Source of the DNA: Mobula birostris
Taxonomy: Eukaryota
NCBI RefSeq assembly: GCF_030028105.1
Contig: NC_092380.1
Location: forward strand, 12,675,123 to 12,739,122
DNA: 64,000 bases
Direction of reading: 5' to 3'
Position 1 is the first letter of the stretch; each line of letters opens with the position of its first letter. Shown here in pieces: positions 12,263 through 24,800 of this stretch. Both the position numbers and the translations under genes were made by a program. The notes beneath the pieces were generated by a model. The model saw only the letters and a program-made list of their open reading frames with translations, had not been told where the DNA came from and did no database searches.

Positions 12263-14680
12263 CACTGGACATTTTTTTTTAGAAAGTGTTGCTTCCTCAG
12301 AATTTTTTTTTGTGTTTATGATAGAGCGCTTGAAGTCAAAGCCAACATAAAAGCCAAAGAGAGGACATATAATAGAGCAAAAATTAGTGGGAAGTTAGAG
12401 GATTGGGAAACTTTTAAAAACCAACAGAAGGCAACTAAAAAAAAGTCATTAAGAAGGTAAAGATGGAACGCGACAGTAAGCTAGCCAATAATATTAAAGA
12501 GGATACCAAAAGTTTCTTCAGATACATAAAGTGTAAAAGAGAATTGGGAGTGGATATCAGGCTGCTGGGGAAAAGTGCTGAAGAGGTAGTAATGGGGAAC
12601 AGCGAAATGGAGATGAACTGAATAAGTATTTTGCATCAGTCTTCACTGTGGAAGACACCAGCAGTATGATGGAAGTGCCAGGTGTCAGGGGTCATGATGT
12701 GTTTGAAGTTGCCATAACTAGACAGAAAGTTCTTGGAAAACTGAAAGGACTGAAGGTTGACAAGTCACCTGGACCAAATGGTGTACAGCCCAGGGTTCTG
12801 AAAGAGTGGCTGAAGAGATTGTGGAGGCATTAGCAATGATCTTTCAAGAATCACTAGATTCTGGAATGGTTCCGGAAAACCGGAAAAATGCAAATGTCAC
12901 TCCACTCTTCAAGAAAGGAAAGAGGCAGAAGGGAGGAAACTATGGGCCAGTTAGTCTGACCTCAGTGGTTGGGAAGATGTTGGAGTCAATTATTAAGGAC
13001 GAGGTCTTTGGGTACTTGGTGGCATGTGATAAAAAAGCCCATATTCAGCATGGTTTCCTCAAGGGAAAATCTTGCCTGACAAATCTGCTGGAATTCTTTG
13101 AAGAAATAACAAACAGGATAGACAAAGGAGAATCACTTGACATTGTGTACTTGGACTTTCAGAAGGCCTTTGACATGATGCCACTCTTGAGGCTGCTTAG
13201 CAAGCTACAAGACTAGCATAGATAAGCAGTGGCTGACTGGCAGGAGTTAAAGAGTGGGAATAAAGGGAGCCTTTTCTGGTTGGGTGCCAGTGACTAGAGG
13301 TGTTCCACAGGGGTCTAAGTTGGAACCGATTCTTTTTATGTTATATGTCAATGATTTGGATGATGGAATTGATGGTTTTGCTGCAAAATTTGTGGACGAT
13401 ATGAAGATAGGTGGAGGGGCAGGTAGTTTTGAGGAAGTAGAGAGGCTACAGAGGACTTAGACAGATTATAAGAATGGGCAAAGAAATGGCAGATGGAATA
13501 CAGTGTTGGGAAGTGTACAGTCTTGCACTTTATTAAAAGAAATTAAAGGATTGACTATTTTCTAAATGGAGAGAAAATATAAAAATACTGAGGTGCAAAG
13601 GGACTTGGGAGTCCTTGTGCAGGATACCCTAAAGGTTAATTTGCAGGTTGAGTCTGTGGTGAGGAAGGCAATTGCAATGTTAGCATTCATTTCAAGAGGA
13701 CAAGAATATAAAAGCAAGGATGTAATGTTGAGACTTTATAAAGCACTGGCAAGGCCTCACTTGGAGCATTGTGAGCAGGTTTGGGCCCCTTATCTTAGAA
13801 AGGATGTGCTGAAACTAGAGAGGGTTCAAAGAAGGCTCACGAAAATGATTCCAGGATTGAATAGCTTGTTATATGAAGAGCATTTGATGGCTCTGGGCCT
13901 GTATTCCCTAGAATTCAGAAGAATGAGGGATGACCTCATTGAAACCTATTGAATGGTGAAAAGCCTTGATAGAGTAGATGTGGAGAGGATGTTATATTTG
14001 GTGGGAGAGTCCAAGACAAGGGGGCACAGCCTCAGAATAGAAGGGTGTCCTTTTAGAACGGAGATGAGGAAGAATTTCTTTAGCTAGAGAGTGGTGAATC
14101 AGGCAGCTGTGGGGGTCAAGTCTTTATGTATATTTAAAGCAGAGGTTGATATATTTTTGATTGTTCACAGCATGAAAGGATAGGGGGAGGAGGTAGGAGA
14201 TTGGGGCTGAGAGGAAAATTGAATCAGCCATGAAGAAATGGCGGAGCAGATGTGATGGGCTAAAAGACCTAATTCTGCTCCTACATCTTATGGTTGTATG
14301 GCCTTTTGTTGCACTTCATGGTTTTGTATGCTTGAAGCGTGTTGTCAACCAGCTGCAGGTAGCTTGGTGCTGTGTAGTTGCCAAGAAAATTTTCAGCAAC
14401 ATCCTCGAATGCCTTCCATGCGATTTTCTCTGATCCCACTAGAAGTTCTTCAAATTGCCTGTTATTGGTGACCTGTTGATTTATGGACCAACAAAAATGT
14501 CTTCCTTAATCTTGGCATCAGTTATTCTGACTTGAATTGTGAATCGAAATAACAAATGTAGAGGATTTTTTAAAAAAATGAGGCATGATAAGAGAAATCC
14601 CATGGTGATTTCCATGATCAGCAACCCAAAATAAGATATACCTAAAAATATTCAGGAAGCAAAATCTTTGTTGTCCAGTG
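12263..14680 (-). mobile_element. Chapaev3-like DNA transposon relic with a nested CR1
   Basis: Inverted termini CACTGGAC(12263)..GTCCAGTG(14680) with subterminal gcttcct/aggaagc and TAA/TTA flanks. Minus-strand peptide at 14305-14530: ITDAKIKEDIFVGP..FEELLVGSEKIAWKAFEDVAENFLGNY.A.SY.QLVDNTLQAYKTMKCN. Confidence 0.7.
12341..14302 (+). mobile_element. CR1 LINE, 5'-truncated ORF2 (RT), disrupted
   Basis: KSPGP.G..PRVLKE, QHGFLKGKSCLTNLLEFFE, VYLDFQKAFD, GVPQGS, KFVDD, RPHLE.C.Q.W.PY; CR1 3'UTR. Confidence 0.92.
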
Positions 14681-14889
14681 TTATCAGAACAGAGAAGAAT
14701 TAAACAGCGCATCCTAATTGAAAACATCATAGCGAACAGGATAGTAAGGATAATGGTCAGGAGCAAGGACAAACCTAGTGTTGAGTTTTAACAGAACTGG
14801 GATTATCTAGGAGTAGGGGCAGTTAACAGGTATCAGGAGCTGGTAGTACACATCCAGAGCTGGCTAATGCATAAAGTGAATACTGTACC

Positions 14890-15480
14890 TCCAGTAGTTT
14901 ATGTGTGTTGCTTTGGATTTCCAGCATCTCAAAGGTTCCAAGGTTCAAAGGTTCATTGATTATCAAAGCATGTATTCATATACAACTCCGAAGACTTTCT
15001 TGTGTTTATGAAATGCTGGAGGACTTTGAAGGTCAGGCAGCATCCATGGAGGGCAACAAACAGTCAACGTTTTGGGCCAAGACCCTTCATCAGGACTGGA
15101 AAGGAAGGGGGAAGAAGCCAGAATAAGAAAGTTGGGGGAGGGGAAGGAATACAAGCTAGAAAGGTGATAAATGAGGCCAGGTGGGTGGGGAGAGTGAATA
15201 AAGTAAGAAGTTAGGAGGTGATAAGTGGAAAAGGTAAAGAGCTGGAACAGGAGAGGGGATTGAGCCATGAGATAAAGGGAAGGAGGAGTGGCATCGGGGG
15301 TGGGGGGAGGTGATAGGCAGGTGAGAAAAGAAAGGGCTGGAGCAGAGGAATCTGACAGGAGAGGAGATTGGACCATGGAAGGAGGAGGGGCACCAGGGGG
15401 TGATAGGCAGGTGAGGAATAAAAGAAGAGGTAAGAGAAGGCAGAGTGGAGAATTGAAGAAGCGGGGAGTGGGGAGGGGGA
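14890..15480 (-). mobile_element. Penelope-like terminal repeat fragment with degenerate hammerhead motif
   Basis: Similar to the 33401 and 41910 elements; AGTC CTGATGA AGGGTCTTGGCCC AAAACGTT GACT at 15062-15097. Confidence 0.6.
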
Positions 15481-15574
15481 TAATCAACTGGACAATGACC
15501 TGGCTGTAGGATAAACACCTAAAGCAGGGATAATCAGCTGGAGCAGGGTCATGAGTCTGGATCATAGAGGATCA

Positions 15575-16040
15575 CTATTGAGTTCATCTACATGGAGTAC
15601 TGCCACAAAAAAGTAATCATCAAAGACCCTCACCATCCAGGCCATGCTCTCTTCTTGCTTCTGCCAAGGAGATACAGGGCCCTCAGGTCCCACACCACCA
15701 GGTTTAGGAATAGTTACTACCCTCCTACCATCAGGCTCCTGAACTGGCATGGATACTGTAACTTCATTCAACTCAATGCTGAACTTTACAACCTACAGAT
15801 TCACTTTCAAGGACTCTGAACTCATGTTATCAGTATGATTTATTTACTTAGTTACCTTTTTATCTGTACAATTTGCCTTCTTTTGCACATTGCTTGCTTA
15901 TCAGTGTTTGTTTATGTGTAGGTTTTTTTCATTGATTCTTCTGTACTTCTCTGATCTATTGTTAATGCCAGCAAAAAAGTGAATCCCAGTAGTATATGGT
16001 GACATATATGTGCTTTGATGATAAATTTACTTTGAAATTT
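15575..16040 (+). mobile_element. Rex/Babar-type LINE 3' end
   Basis: IIKDPHHPGHALF.LLP..RYRAL..TTRFRNSYYP and 3'UTR like 4310-4812. Confidence 0.7.
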
Positions 16041-16499
16041 AAATTTATTTTGAATCACTAAGAGGTAGGATAATCACCCAGCGAAGTCATGATTGTGCAG
16101 AGACAGGATGATCTAGAACAGGGGTAATCATTAGGGACAAGGATAAATACCTAGATCAGAAATAAACATCTGTATCAAGGATAGCTACTTGCATCTGGGG
16201 TTAAACACACTAATAAATATCCCGAGCAGTGATAACATCCTGCTGTAGGGGTAAATATCCAGACCCTTAATGATGGAGTGAACAGAGTTCCCTGGTGCAG
16301 TGATAAACTCTCAGAGCAGGGCATCATCTGGGGTAGGGGTGGTCATCCCAGAGCAGTGGTCGACACACAACACTGGAATAATTACTCAGAGCAAGGATAA
16401 TCACTCACAATTATGAAAATCACATAGATCTGAGATAAACACTTGGATCAGGATAGCCACCACTGCAGGATCATTAGAGACGAGGAATAACTAGAGTCA

Positions 16500-16845
16500 G
16501 AGAATCATAGAGTACTACAGCACAGAAACAGGCCCTTCAGCCCATCTAGTGCCAAACTATTATTCTGCCTAGTCCCATTGACATGCTCCTGAACCATGGC
16601 CCTTCATAACTCTCCCATCCTTGTACTTGTCCAAACTTCTCTGAAATGTTGAAATCAAACCCCCTGGCAGCTCATTCTCCTATGCTCCAGGGAATAAATT
16701 CCTAACCTTTCCCTCTAACTCAGATCAAGTCCCGGCAACACCTCGTAAATCTGCTTCTGTACTCTTTCAATCTTATTGATACTTCTCCTTCAGGTGGGTG
16801 ACCAGAACTGTACACAATACTCTAAATTAGGCCTCATGAACATCT
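16500..16845 (-). mobile_element. CR1 3' fragment, degraded
   Basis: CR1-like tail (acagaaacaggcccttcagccca) and RT remnants. Confidence 0.55.
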
Positions 16846-18379
16846 TTGACTTTGGATTCTTTTGTACACTATTTTTGCAAGATTATTGGGAAACTGAGCA
16901 GGATGCTTTGTTGTGAGCTCAAGTTTAATTGTCATTCAACCATACATGAATACCCATGAATACAGCATAACTCTGGGGCCAAGGTGCCAAACACAGTACC
17001 AACAGTCATACACAGCACAAGGCACACATAGCACATATAAGATACCAGTAAAATACAGTCATACAAATAAATAGCCCAAGGCCCTGAGTCCGTGAATATT
17101 ACAGCAGTCTGCAGTTGAACACAAGTAAGCTTGTCTTCTACTGAGCAAACACTGAAGAGCATCACCTACTCTAGCATGGACGCTGAGCCACATTGAGTCC
17201 GACACCGACTCAGACACCTCTCTCCTGGGTGGCTGCAAACAGGCAACATCGGAGCTTAAGGCCTAGTCTTCCACCAAGCAGACACTGGAGGGCAGCACCG
17301 ACATCAGTCTGAACGCTGTGCCACACCACTCTGATGCCTCCCTGCTGAATGGGGGCAAGCAGGCGACACTGCAGCTTGAAGCCTAGCTCTCACTATAACC
17401 AAGACCACACAGTTCCCCTGCCATCAGTCTCACCAATAAACCAGAGAACTGGATTTGCAGCATTCCACATTACTAATGTCCAACAGAATCTTGTGATCAT
17501 AAGAAAATGCATCTAAGACAATCACTCACTGTTAGACAGCATGCCTCCTTTGCACATTGACTCCGATGCTCTCTGTAGCAGGCAGCAACATGGTCCACAA
17601 CAATGCCAGCTCCTTCAGTTTCTCCACCAACGAGCAACTTGCTGGTGGGGTAGACTTGCAGTACTTTAAGTTCTTAATGTCCAGTAGGGTCTTGTGATCA
17701 TAAAAAATACATTTAAAAAAGACATTAACACCTTTGGTTGGCCCTGTAGAAGCCACTGTCCGTGCATGCTGCCACCTTACCAGAAAAATTACCCAAGGAG
17801 TGACATATTGCTGGAACCTGTAGTAAGTATTTACTCAGCATAGCTTTCAAAGGAAAGGTATCTTCATCCAGTTGGAGGTTGTGAATCTTGGTAAGTGATT
17901 GCACCATCATGGCTTCCTGGATCCTATGATTCCCATAGGAAATGGGGAAGAATTTCCCACAGATTTTCTTTCATAAATTGACCTAAACCTCATATCTGAT
18001 TTGTTGCCTCTCACTGTGCTCAGAGTTTGCCATGTCTGGGAATGGGAAATCTGGGTGTCACTCACTCTGTTCCCAGGTGGTGTTAGTGATAGTCATTGCT
18101 TTCTGGATGAGTTCAATATAATGAATGGTTGAGACTGCTGCTGATAGGAGAATAAATTCAAATTTCTGTGTGTATTCTATTATTTAAGATAAACAACCTT
18201 CAAAGAAAATCTGCATGTTCTTGGATTATTTGTGATAAATAAATGCATTCAGTGGTCTTTTGAATTTAGTATCTAATATCTAAAAAACAACCCAGATGTA
18301 ATCAAGACCAGTTGTAAAACCGTTAAATATAATAATGCATTGTTGGTGCTTTTGAGAAATGTTAGGATAAATAATTCCC

Positions 18380-19295
18380 AGGGCTTGATAGGATATACAC
18401 CAGGTTGCTACGGGAAGCAAGATTAATCAGCTACTGGCGATGATTTATGCGTACTCACCAGAGTTTTATCAGAGGATTGGAGGATGGCCAATGTACCTTT
18501 GTTCAAGAAAGGTGATAGGGAATCCTAATAATTGAGAGGGGCAGGTTGTGCTTCCTTGACCTGATTGATTTTTTTGAGGAAGTAACAAGATAGATTAATG
18601 AAGGTAAAATAGCAGATGTGGTGCACAGGTATTTCAGTGAAGTGTTTGACAAGGTTCCCATGGAAGACTCACCTAGAAGGTCATGAGGCATGGAAACTTG
18701 GCTGGGTGGATTTGGAATTGGCTACCCTATTGGGCGGGGGGGGGGGGTTGAGTTCAAGAGCCCCAAGGTAATGTTGCAGGTCTATAAAACTCTGGTTAAA
18801 CCACACTTGGAGTATTGGGTTCAGTTCTGGTTGCCTCATTATAGGAAGAATATGGAAGCTGTGGAGAATATGCAAAGAAGATTTACCAAGATGCTGCCTG
18901 GATTAGAAAGCATGTCTATGTGGAAAGGTTGAGCAAGCTAGGCAATGTGATAGAAGTGTACAAGATTATAAGAGGCATGGATAGAGTAGACAGCCAGCAC
19001 CATTTTCTCAGGGCGGCAATGGTTAATACCAGAGGACATTCTTTTAAGGTAAGTGGAGATGTCAGAGGTAGGACTTCTACAAAGAAAGTGGTAAGTGCCT
19101 TCAGTGCACTGCTGAGGCAGATACATTAGGGATATTTTAAAAGATTTTTAAATGGGTACATGGATGAAAGAGAAATGGAGGGTTATGGTCTCTGTAACAT
19201 GTAGGAGTTAGATTGATCATGGACTAGGTTTACTTAGGTCAGCACAACAAGGTGGGCTGAAGGGCCTGTACTGTGCTCTACTGTTCTGTTTTATG
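18380..19295 (+). mobile_element. CR1 LINE, degraded and internally deleted
   Basis: MLQVYKTLVKPHLEYWVQFWLPHYRK, IEVYKIIRGMDRVD, TRGHSFKV. Confidence 0.8.
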
Positions 19296-20629
19296 TTCTA
19301 ATTACAGCCTTAGATTTGAAGAAGTGGAAATATCTGTAGCAGTCTATGCATTTATTGTCATGGGTGCTATTCCACTTCTGGTTAAACCTTACAATAACTG
19401 GGCAGCAACACATACTGTTTATATCAGCAAAGTACTTCTTGATATAGCATATACATTGAAGTATATTTTAAGATGTACGGTCAACTTTAAAAAGTATCTT
19501 AAATGCTTGTTCTTTCTGTCTGTATATTGCTTGGGAACCTACCACTATGATAATCACAAGTGACTATATAGCAGCTCACACCAAATTGCTCCTACTTTAT
19601 TGTATTTAGGGCATTATCCCATTTTAAATATTTAAAATTGTGGAACTGTCTCTCATACTTAGTATACATAGATTATTGACAGCAATGTCTATGTTAAGTG
19701 ACATACATAAATGTCAACAGTAACAAACACAAAATGGGGTAAGAATCAAACTGGATTTCACAATTGGCATTTTGACTAGAGTAAATATTATCTATGGATG
19801 AGCTAAGGAGTTTGATGTCAAAGATTTCTTTAACTCTTGGTAATACTCCGGTCACGTGAACGAAAGCTGGATCTTACCATTAGGCCTACATTACCTTCCA
19901 AGTAGCTGGTGTCATCAGAGAGACCTTTCAGCAGGAAAGATCCACAGCAGCAAGCCTCATTGAATAAAAAAAATCTATATGTACTGTTAGCGTGTATTCT
20001 GAAGTTAGGGTATATAGCAAATATTAATTTCAGTGTTAACCAATCTTTAGATTTGAATGTGGATTGTAGATTGAATTTAAAATGCAACTCTGACAAACTG
20101 TCCCTGGAGTTGCAGATTGGGGTTGATTACAAACAAGGAAACACCCATTCACTTGATGTCTGCATATGTATGAATCCAGAGAGAGAGACAATACTGATTA
20201 ATATTTATCTTGGGAATCTGGAGTGTGGGTATGAAGAAGGAGGTGTTTGAAAACAATATGAAATTTAAAGGAAGCACTGTAGATACATTGTAACTATAGA
20301 ATTATCCTCCTGTTACTTTTGATCTTCAGCATATAAAAATGTCATGTAATATTGGGTCAGATAGGTCTCTTCTTCCAAGAGTGTCTCCAATATGATGCCC
20401 ATATACTCGTTCTGCTAGAATAAAAACTTCTACATCCACTAGCTTCAGTGTCTCTCCGGCAACTTTGTTCACCGTTACAACATGTACTTACTGCATATTT
20501 CAACACTATCCCAGTTTGCAGTAATTTTAGTCAATTGGCATTCCCTCTCTATGAATCCCTGGTTCCTGCAGGATATAGTACTGCTATATATTGCCAATCT
20601 GTCACTTAATTGTGGGAGCATCACACAAA

Positions 20630-21010
20630 ATCAAACCTGAGTGAAGTAGGGTTTTCTCATTGGTGAGAGAGAGGATGAGAGTGACTTAATAGAGGTGTAC
20701 AAGATGATAAGAGGCATAAATAGAGAGGACAGACAGTGCCTTTTCCCCCTGGGTGCTGATGGCTAATAAGAGAGATCATAATTTTAAGGTGATTGGAGGA
20801 GAGTAAAGGGGATGTTAGAGGTGTTTTTTCCCCACACAGAGTGGTGGCTGCATGATGATAGATACAAATACATTAGGAACATTTAGACACATGGATGACA
20901 GAAAAAATGGAGGGCTATGTGGAAGGGAAAGGTTAGATTGATCCTGGGGTAGTTAAAAGCTCAGCAGAACATTGTGGGCCAAAGGGCCTGTGTTGTACTG
21001 TTCTATGATC
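20630..21010 (+). mobile_element. CR1 3' fragment
   Basis: gacttaatagaggtgtacaagatgataagaggcat.. and CR1 tail. Confidence 0.65.
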
Positions 21011-21539
21011 TAATTTTGTCTACATCCATCATGCAATAGATCGATTGTTCTATCTAATTACATCTTTACTTGTTAATGGAGTTCAACACAATGTTTGAAT
21101 TAAATGCAATTTAATGCTGCACTTTACATTAAAGTTGATAGGAAATAGAAAGATGATCCTTAATCTAATTTATCAATATAGTTTCTGTACAGTGGATAAC
21201 ATGTTTCCATCATCACCTAGTCGGTGGGTCTAGGTGAGAGTAAGAGTTCGGCATGGACTAGAAGGGCCGAGAAGGCCTGTTTCGGTACTGTAATTGTTAT
21301 ATAGTTATACCATCACCTATCCAAAGTTTAGGGGATTATTAGCTGCTTTCTAGACACAAATTTAGACAGATTATAAAATGAACCATTTATTAGATTGCAG
21401 AGGGTAGATTTTGTACTGTATTTTTTTAATTAGGTGTGGGAACAATGGGATAGTGGGTCCAGTTATTTATGGAACAATTATGTCACCTGAGTTTAAAAAC
21501 CATTTTGTTCAGACAAGAAAGTAATTTAACCCAAATTAT

Positions 21540-21545
21540 TTTATT
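21540..21545 (-). terminator. Candidate polyadenylation signal (AATAAA) of the sacsin-like gene
   Basis: First minus-strand AATAAA I found after the stop codon, about 300 nt downstream. A second lies at 21386-21391. Confidence 0.5.
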
Positions 21546-21838
21546 GCTAATTATAAAAGTGAATATAATAAATGCAGGTAGAAAATGGTTTTGATTCGGT
21601 TCACTAAGCAGAAACATTTATCTGACAGGTATGTACATGAGAACAATTTACAGTTATCTGGTCAGTAGCACTTCTTTTTAGTAAATTGTCAGATACACAG
21701 TATAGACTAAAGGGTATCAGTATGTATAGGTATCAAGTTTGACTTGACTTTGTTAAGAGAAGTTTGTTGCCTCCATCAGTGACTTGCTTGAACAATGCTT
21801 CTAGTCTTCTATACTGATAAGGAAAAGGGGGAATGTCC

Positions 21839-24800
21839 CTATGTGTTACTTGTGATGAACTCTTCAATACTATCCAGAATTGTTTGTGCTAAAGTCAGGA
21901 CTTCTTGTTCATGACCTGACTTGAAGAGATCATTTGGGACATGGGGCTGTGAATGATAGTTGGGATACTGAGTCTTCTTCCTATCTACTCCATAATCTTT
22001 GAGTTTATTCACCAAGCTCACCAGGTCTGATAGTTTTGCACTATAACTTGATACCTGGTTGGCAAGGTAGGTGATGCTGTGATCACTAATACATATTCCA
22101 CTTTTCTTGTACTCTGCAGCAATCAAAGCTTTCTCCACCGCTTGATGAATTTTAAAATACAGCCATTCAATGGCAGTGCCATCTTGGCCGGAATATCCCA
22201 GGTCATTGTGAGCTGCCCTCAGGTCACATTTTGCTTGTCTAAACCACCTTCGAGCCTCTTCTGGATTGGACTGGTTTTTCTTTGGGAATGAGCAGAATTC
22301 ATTGGCACGGTGGCTTTTTCTCTGCTGTGATCGGCTCTTCTTATGCCTTGATGCCTCACTATTCCACTGATTAAAAAATGATGAAAAATCTTCCTCTTTA
22401 CTGGAGAAGGAGCTTTTGTAATCTGACGAGCAGCTTGCATTCTCAGCTCGGATGACATCCAGCTGCTTCACTTTCTCTTGAATAAAGTGACACAACTGTG
22501 TTGTTACTTCAGTGTTATTTGGATTTTTGTCTGGATGCCACTTTAGGTAAAGGCGGCGAATTGCTTTCTGTCTCTCATCCTTCGGGAGATTTCTTACTTC
22601 CTTTAGATAATCATGAATTTCTTTCTTTATGCTGTCTAAAGATTCATACTTCTGGCTGGATGTTTGTTGCTTGTCTTTTGGTGCATCCCGTACAACAACT
22701 TTCTGGCATATTTCTTCAGGCATCTTTTGTTGACTGAATTTATACAAGTCCAGATGGTTGACTGTAGTGAAGGAGTCTATACCTATCTTTATCTTATACC
22801 TTTGCATTTTTATATCTTTGGCAAACATATCAGTGCTTATCCGCTCAATAAAAATGGCATAGACATAATCAATTGCATTGGGACCTTTGTAAGCCACATA
22901 TTCACCAGCTTTGAAATGATATGCAATATCCATTTCCAGTGTGTGAATAAGTTCTTCTGGAACAGGATCTCCAGGATTAGGCTGGTTGATTGGAATCTCT
23001 ACTTTTAACTTACTAGTGTGAATGCCTTTGTCTTCCAAAACTTTCTTTATGTCTTGTGGATTTTCGCAACTGAGCATCAGCACCAGAATTAATAGTGAAT
23101 CTTTGTTTAAGGCATTCTTCAACAGTACATTGAGCTCTGTTGCCAGTGAATGGATAATGACTGTTCTCATGCTGAATGGTACATTATCTCTGTGCTCCAG
23201 GTAAACCACACCATTACCTGTGCTGCCTATCTTGGTGTAGACTTGTTTCTCAATGCTGGTATCACTTAGCTGTTCTGACCCCAAGCAAAGAATCGTTTCT
23301 AGTTTCTTGCAGCAGATAATTTGCATTTTGGAAAAGACATTTTCACAATCATGCTCAATGTCTCTCACAGGCAGCTCCCCACTGCACTGGCCCTTTAACA
23401 AGCTCGTTAGTCCACCTCTAAAGTTAGAGGACACAAGAATCTTGTAGAAATCATTTTTGAATGTGCAGTTATCTCCATGTGAACATAAACATAGAACTGA
23501 TTCATTAAGAATTTCCTCTGTTATTTGAGAAAGCATACTGGGGCGAATTTCTTCAGGTAGAAACTGTAAGAGATTTATCTGCTTGTAAGGATCAGAACTC
23601 AAGTGACATTCACCAAGATCTAGAAGAAAATTAAACTTTCCATTTAAAACACTGACATCTCTTCTGGAACCTGTACTAATCCTATCATTAAAACATAATG
23701 TATTGGATGGGTACATAACACCATCACTTGCTGGGAGGTATAACGGCTTTAGTTTCTCAACGGCTCGTTCCTCTGTTCTAGACTCCAAAAGTGTAAACAG
23801 ATGATACAAGGTCCGTTTGACGGTGATCATTTGGTTTGGATTTAAGCCACTCACTTTGCTGGTGGCTTCATAGAGAGACCGGAGTATCTGAACAAGGTGA
23901 CAAGCTGATGGTTCCAGAGCAACCCCCAGCTTCTGGAAGAACTCATGATATGGAGCAAGCACTGGAGGGAGCCGGTACAAATAAGGATGAAAATCATTGT
24001 AATTTTGTAATGAGAACACCACCTGGCTGATTTTTATCAGCAGAGTGTCTTCTTCTACAAGAACAATTGGAAGATCAATCAGAGGCAACACATCAAATGA
24101 ATGATTCTGAAGAAAGCCATAAGCAGTCTGAAGCACTCTGGATCTGGTTTTTAAGGCACTACAATTTTTGCAGGGGGCTAAGCAAACTTTTCTAAGGTTT
24201 GTTATGACTACAGACTCTGGAGGAACATAAACAGCACCAGCAGCTTTTAGTCTGCTCATATTTCTTGAGAGTGTACACTTTGATGGTAATATAGGCATGG
24301 AAGCCCAAACCAGTTCCTCATCTTCCTCCCGTTGTTTCACCAGTGAGTCCCTAAAAGCAACAAAATGCCTCCCTTCTGCAAAAGGGGGATGCAAGTTATG
24401 TAAACACTCTCGAACTCTGTGTGGATAGACAAATTTAATATCTGCCACTTTTTCATAAAAATCCTTTTGAAGGTTCTCCTCAGCAACATTACTGAAGTAG
24501 GTGATTAAAGCATCACTTTTTTCAATTAGTTCTTTCAAAGGAGCATGCAGGTTCACCTCTTCTGAAACTTGCAATGCAAAAGCAATAAAATCATCTGAAG
24601 AAACAGAGCACTTTATTCCCAGATCCTTCAGCAATTTGTTCAAATTGGAATCATCATAATAGCATCCCATATCTTTCAAAAAGTTCTCAGGAACAAACTT
24701 TTCTGTAGGAATCATAATTTTAAATAATGGTTCTCTCTTCTCATAGAAATAAGAAACTTTTTGAAATATTCCACTGTTGGCTTTGATAAGTTTTATGTTT

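Noticed and set aside
16060-16500. CRISPR-like repeat-spacer array
   Set aside because: The units are degenerate and tandem without unique spacers, and the context is vertebrate.
18066-18135. Plus-strand acceptor followed by GVSDSHCFLDEFNIM (faintly Walker B/MCM-like)
   Set aside because: It is too short, hits a stop quickly and has no partner exons.
21930-22000. HEPN RxxxxH RNase active site
   Set aside because: The nearest R..H (RKKTQYPNYH) has 8 intervening residues and does not fit the motif.
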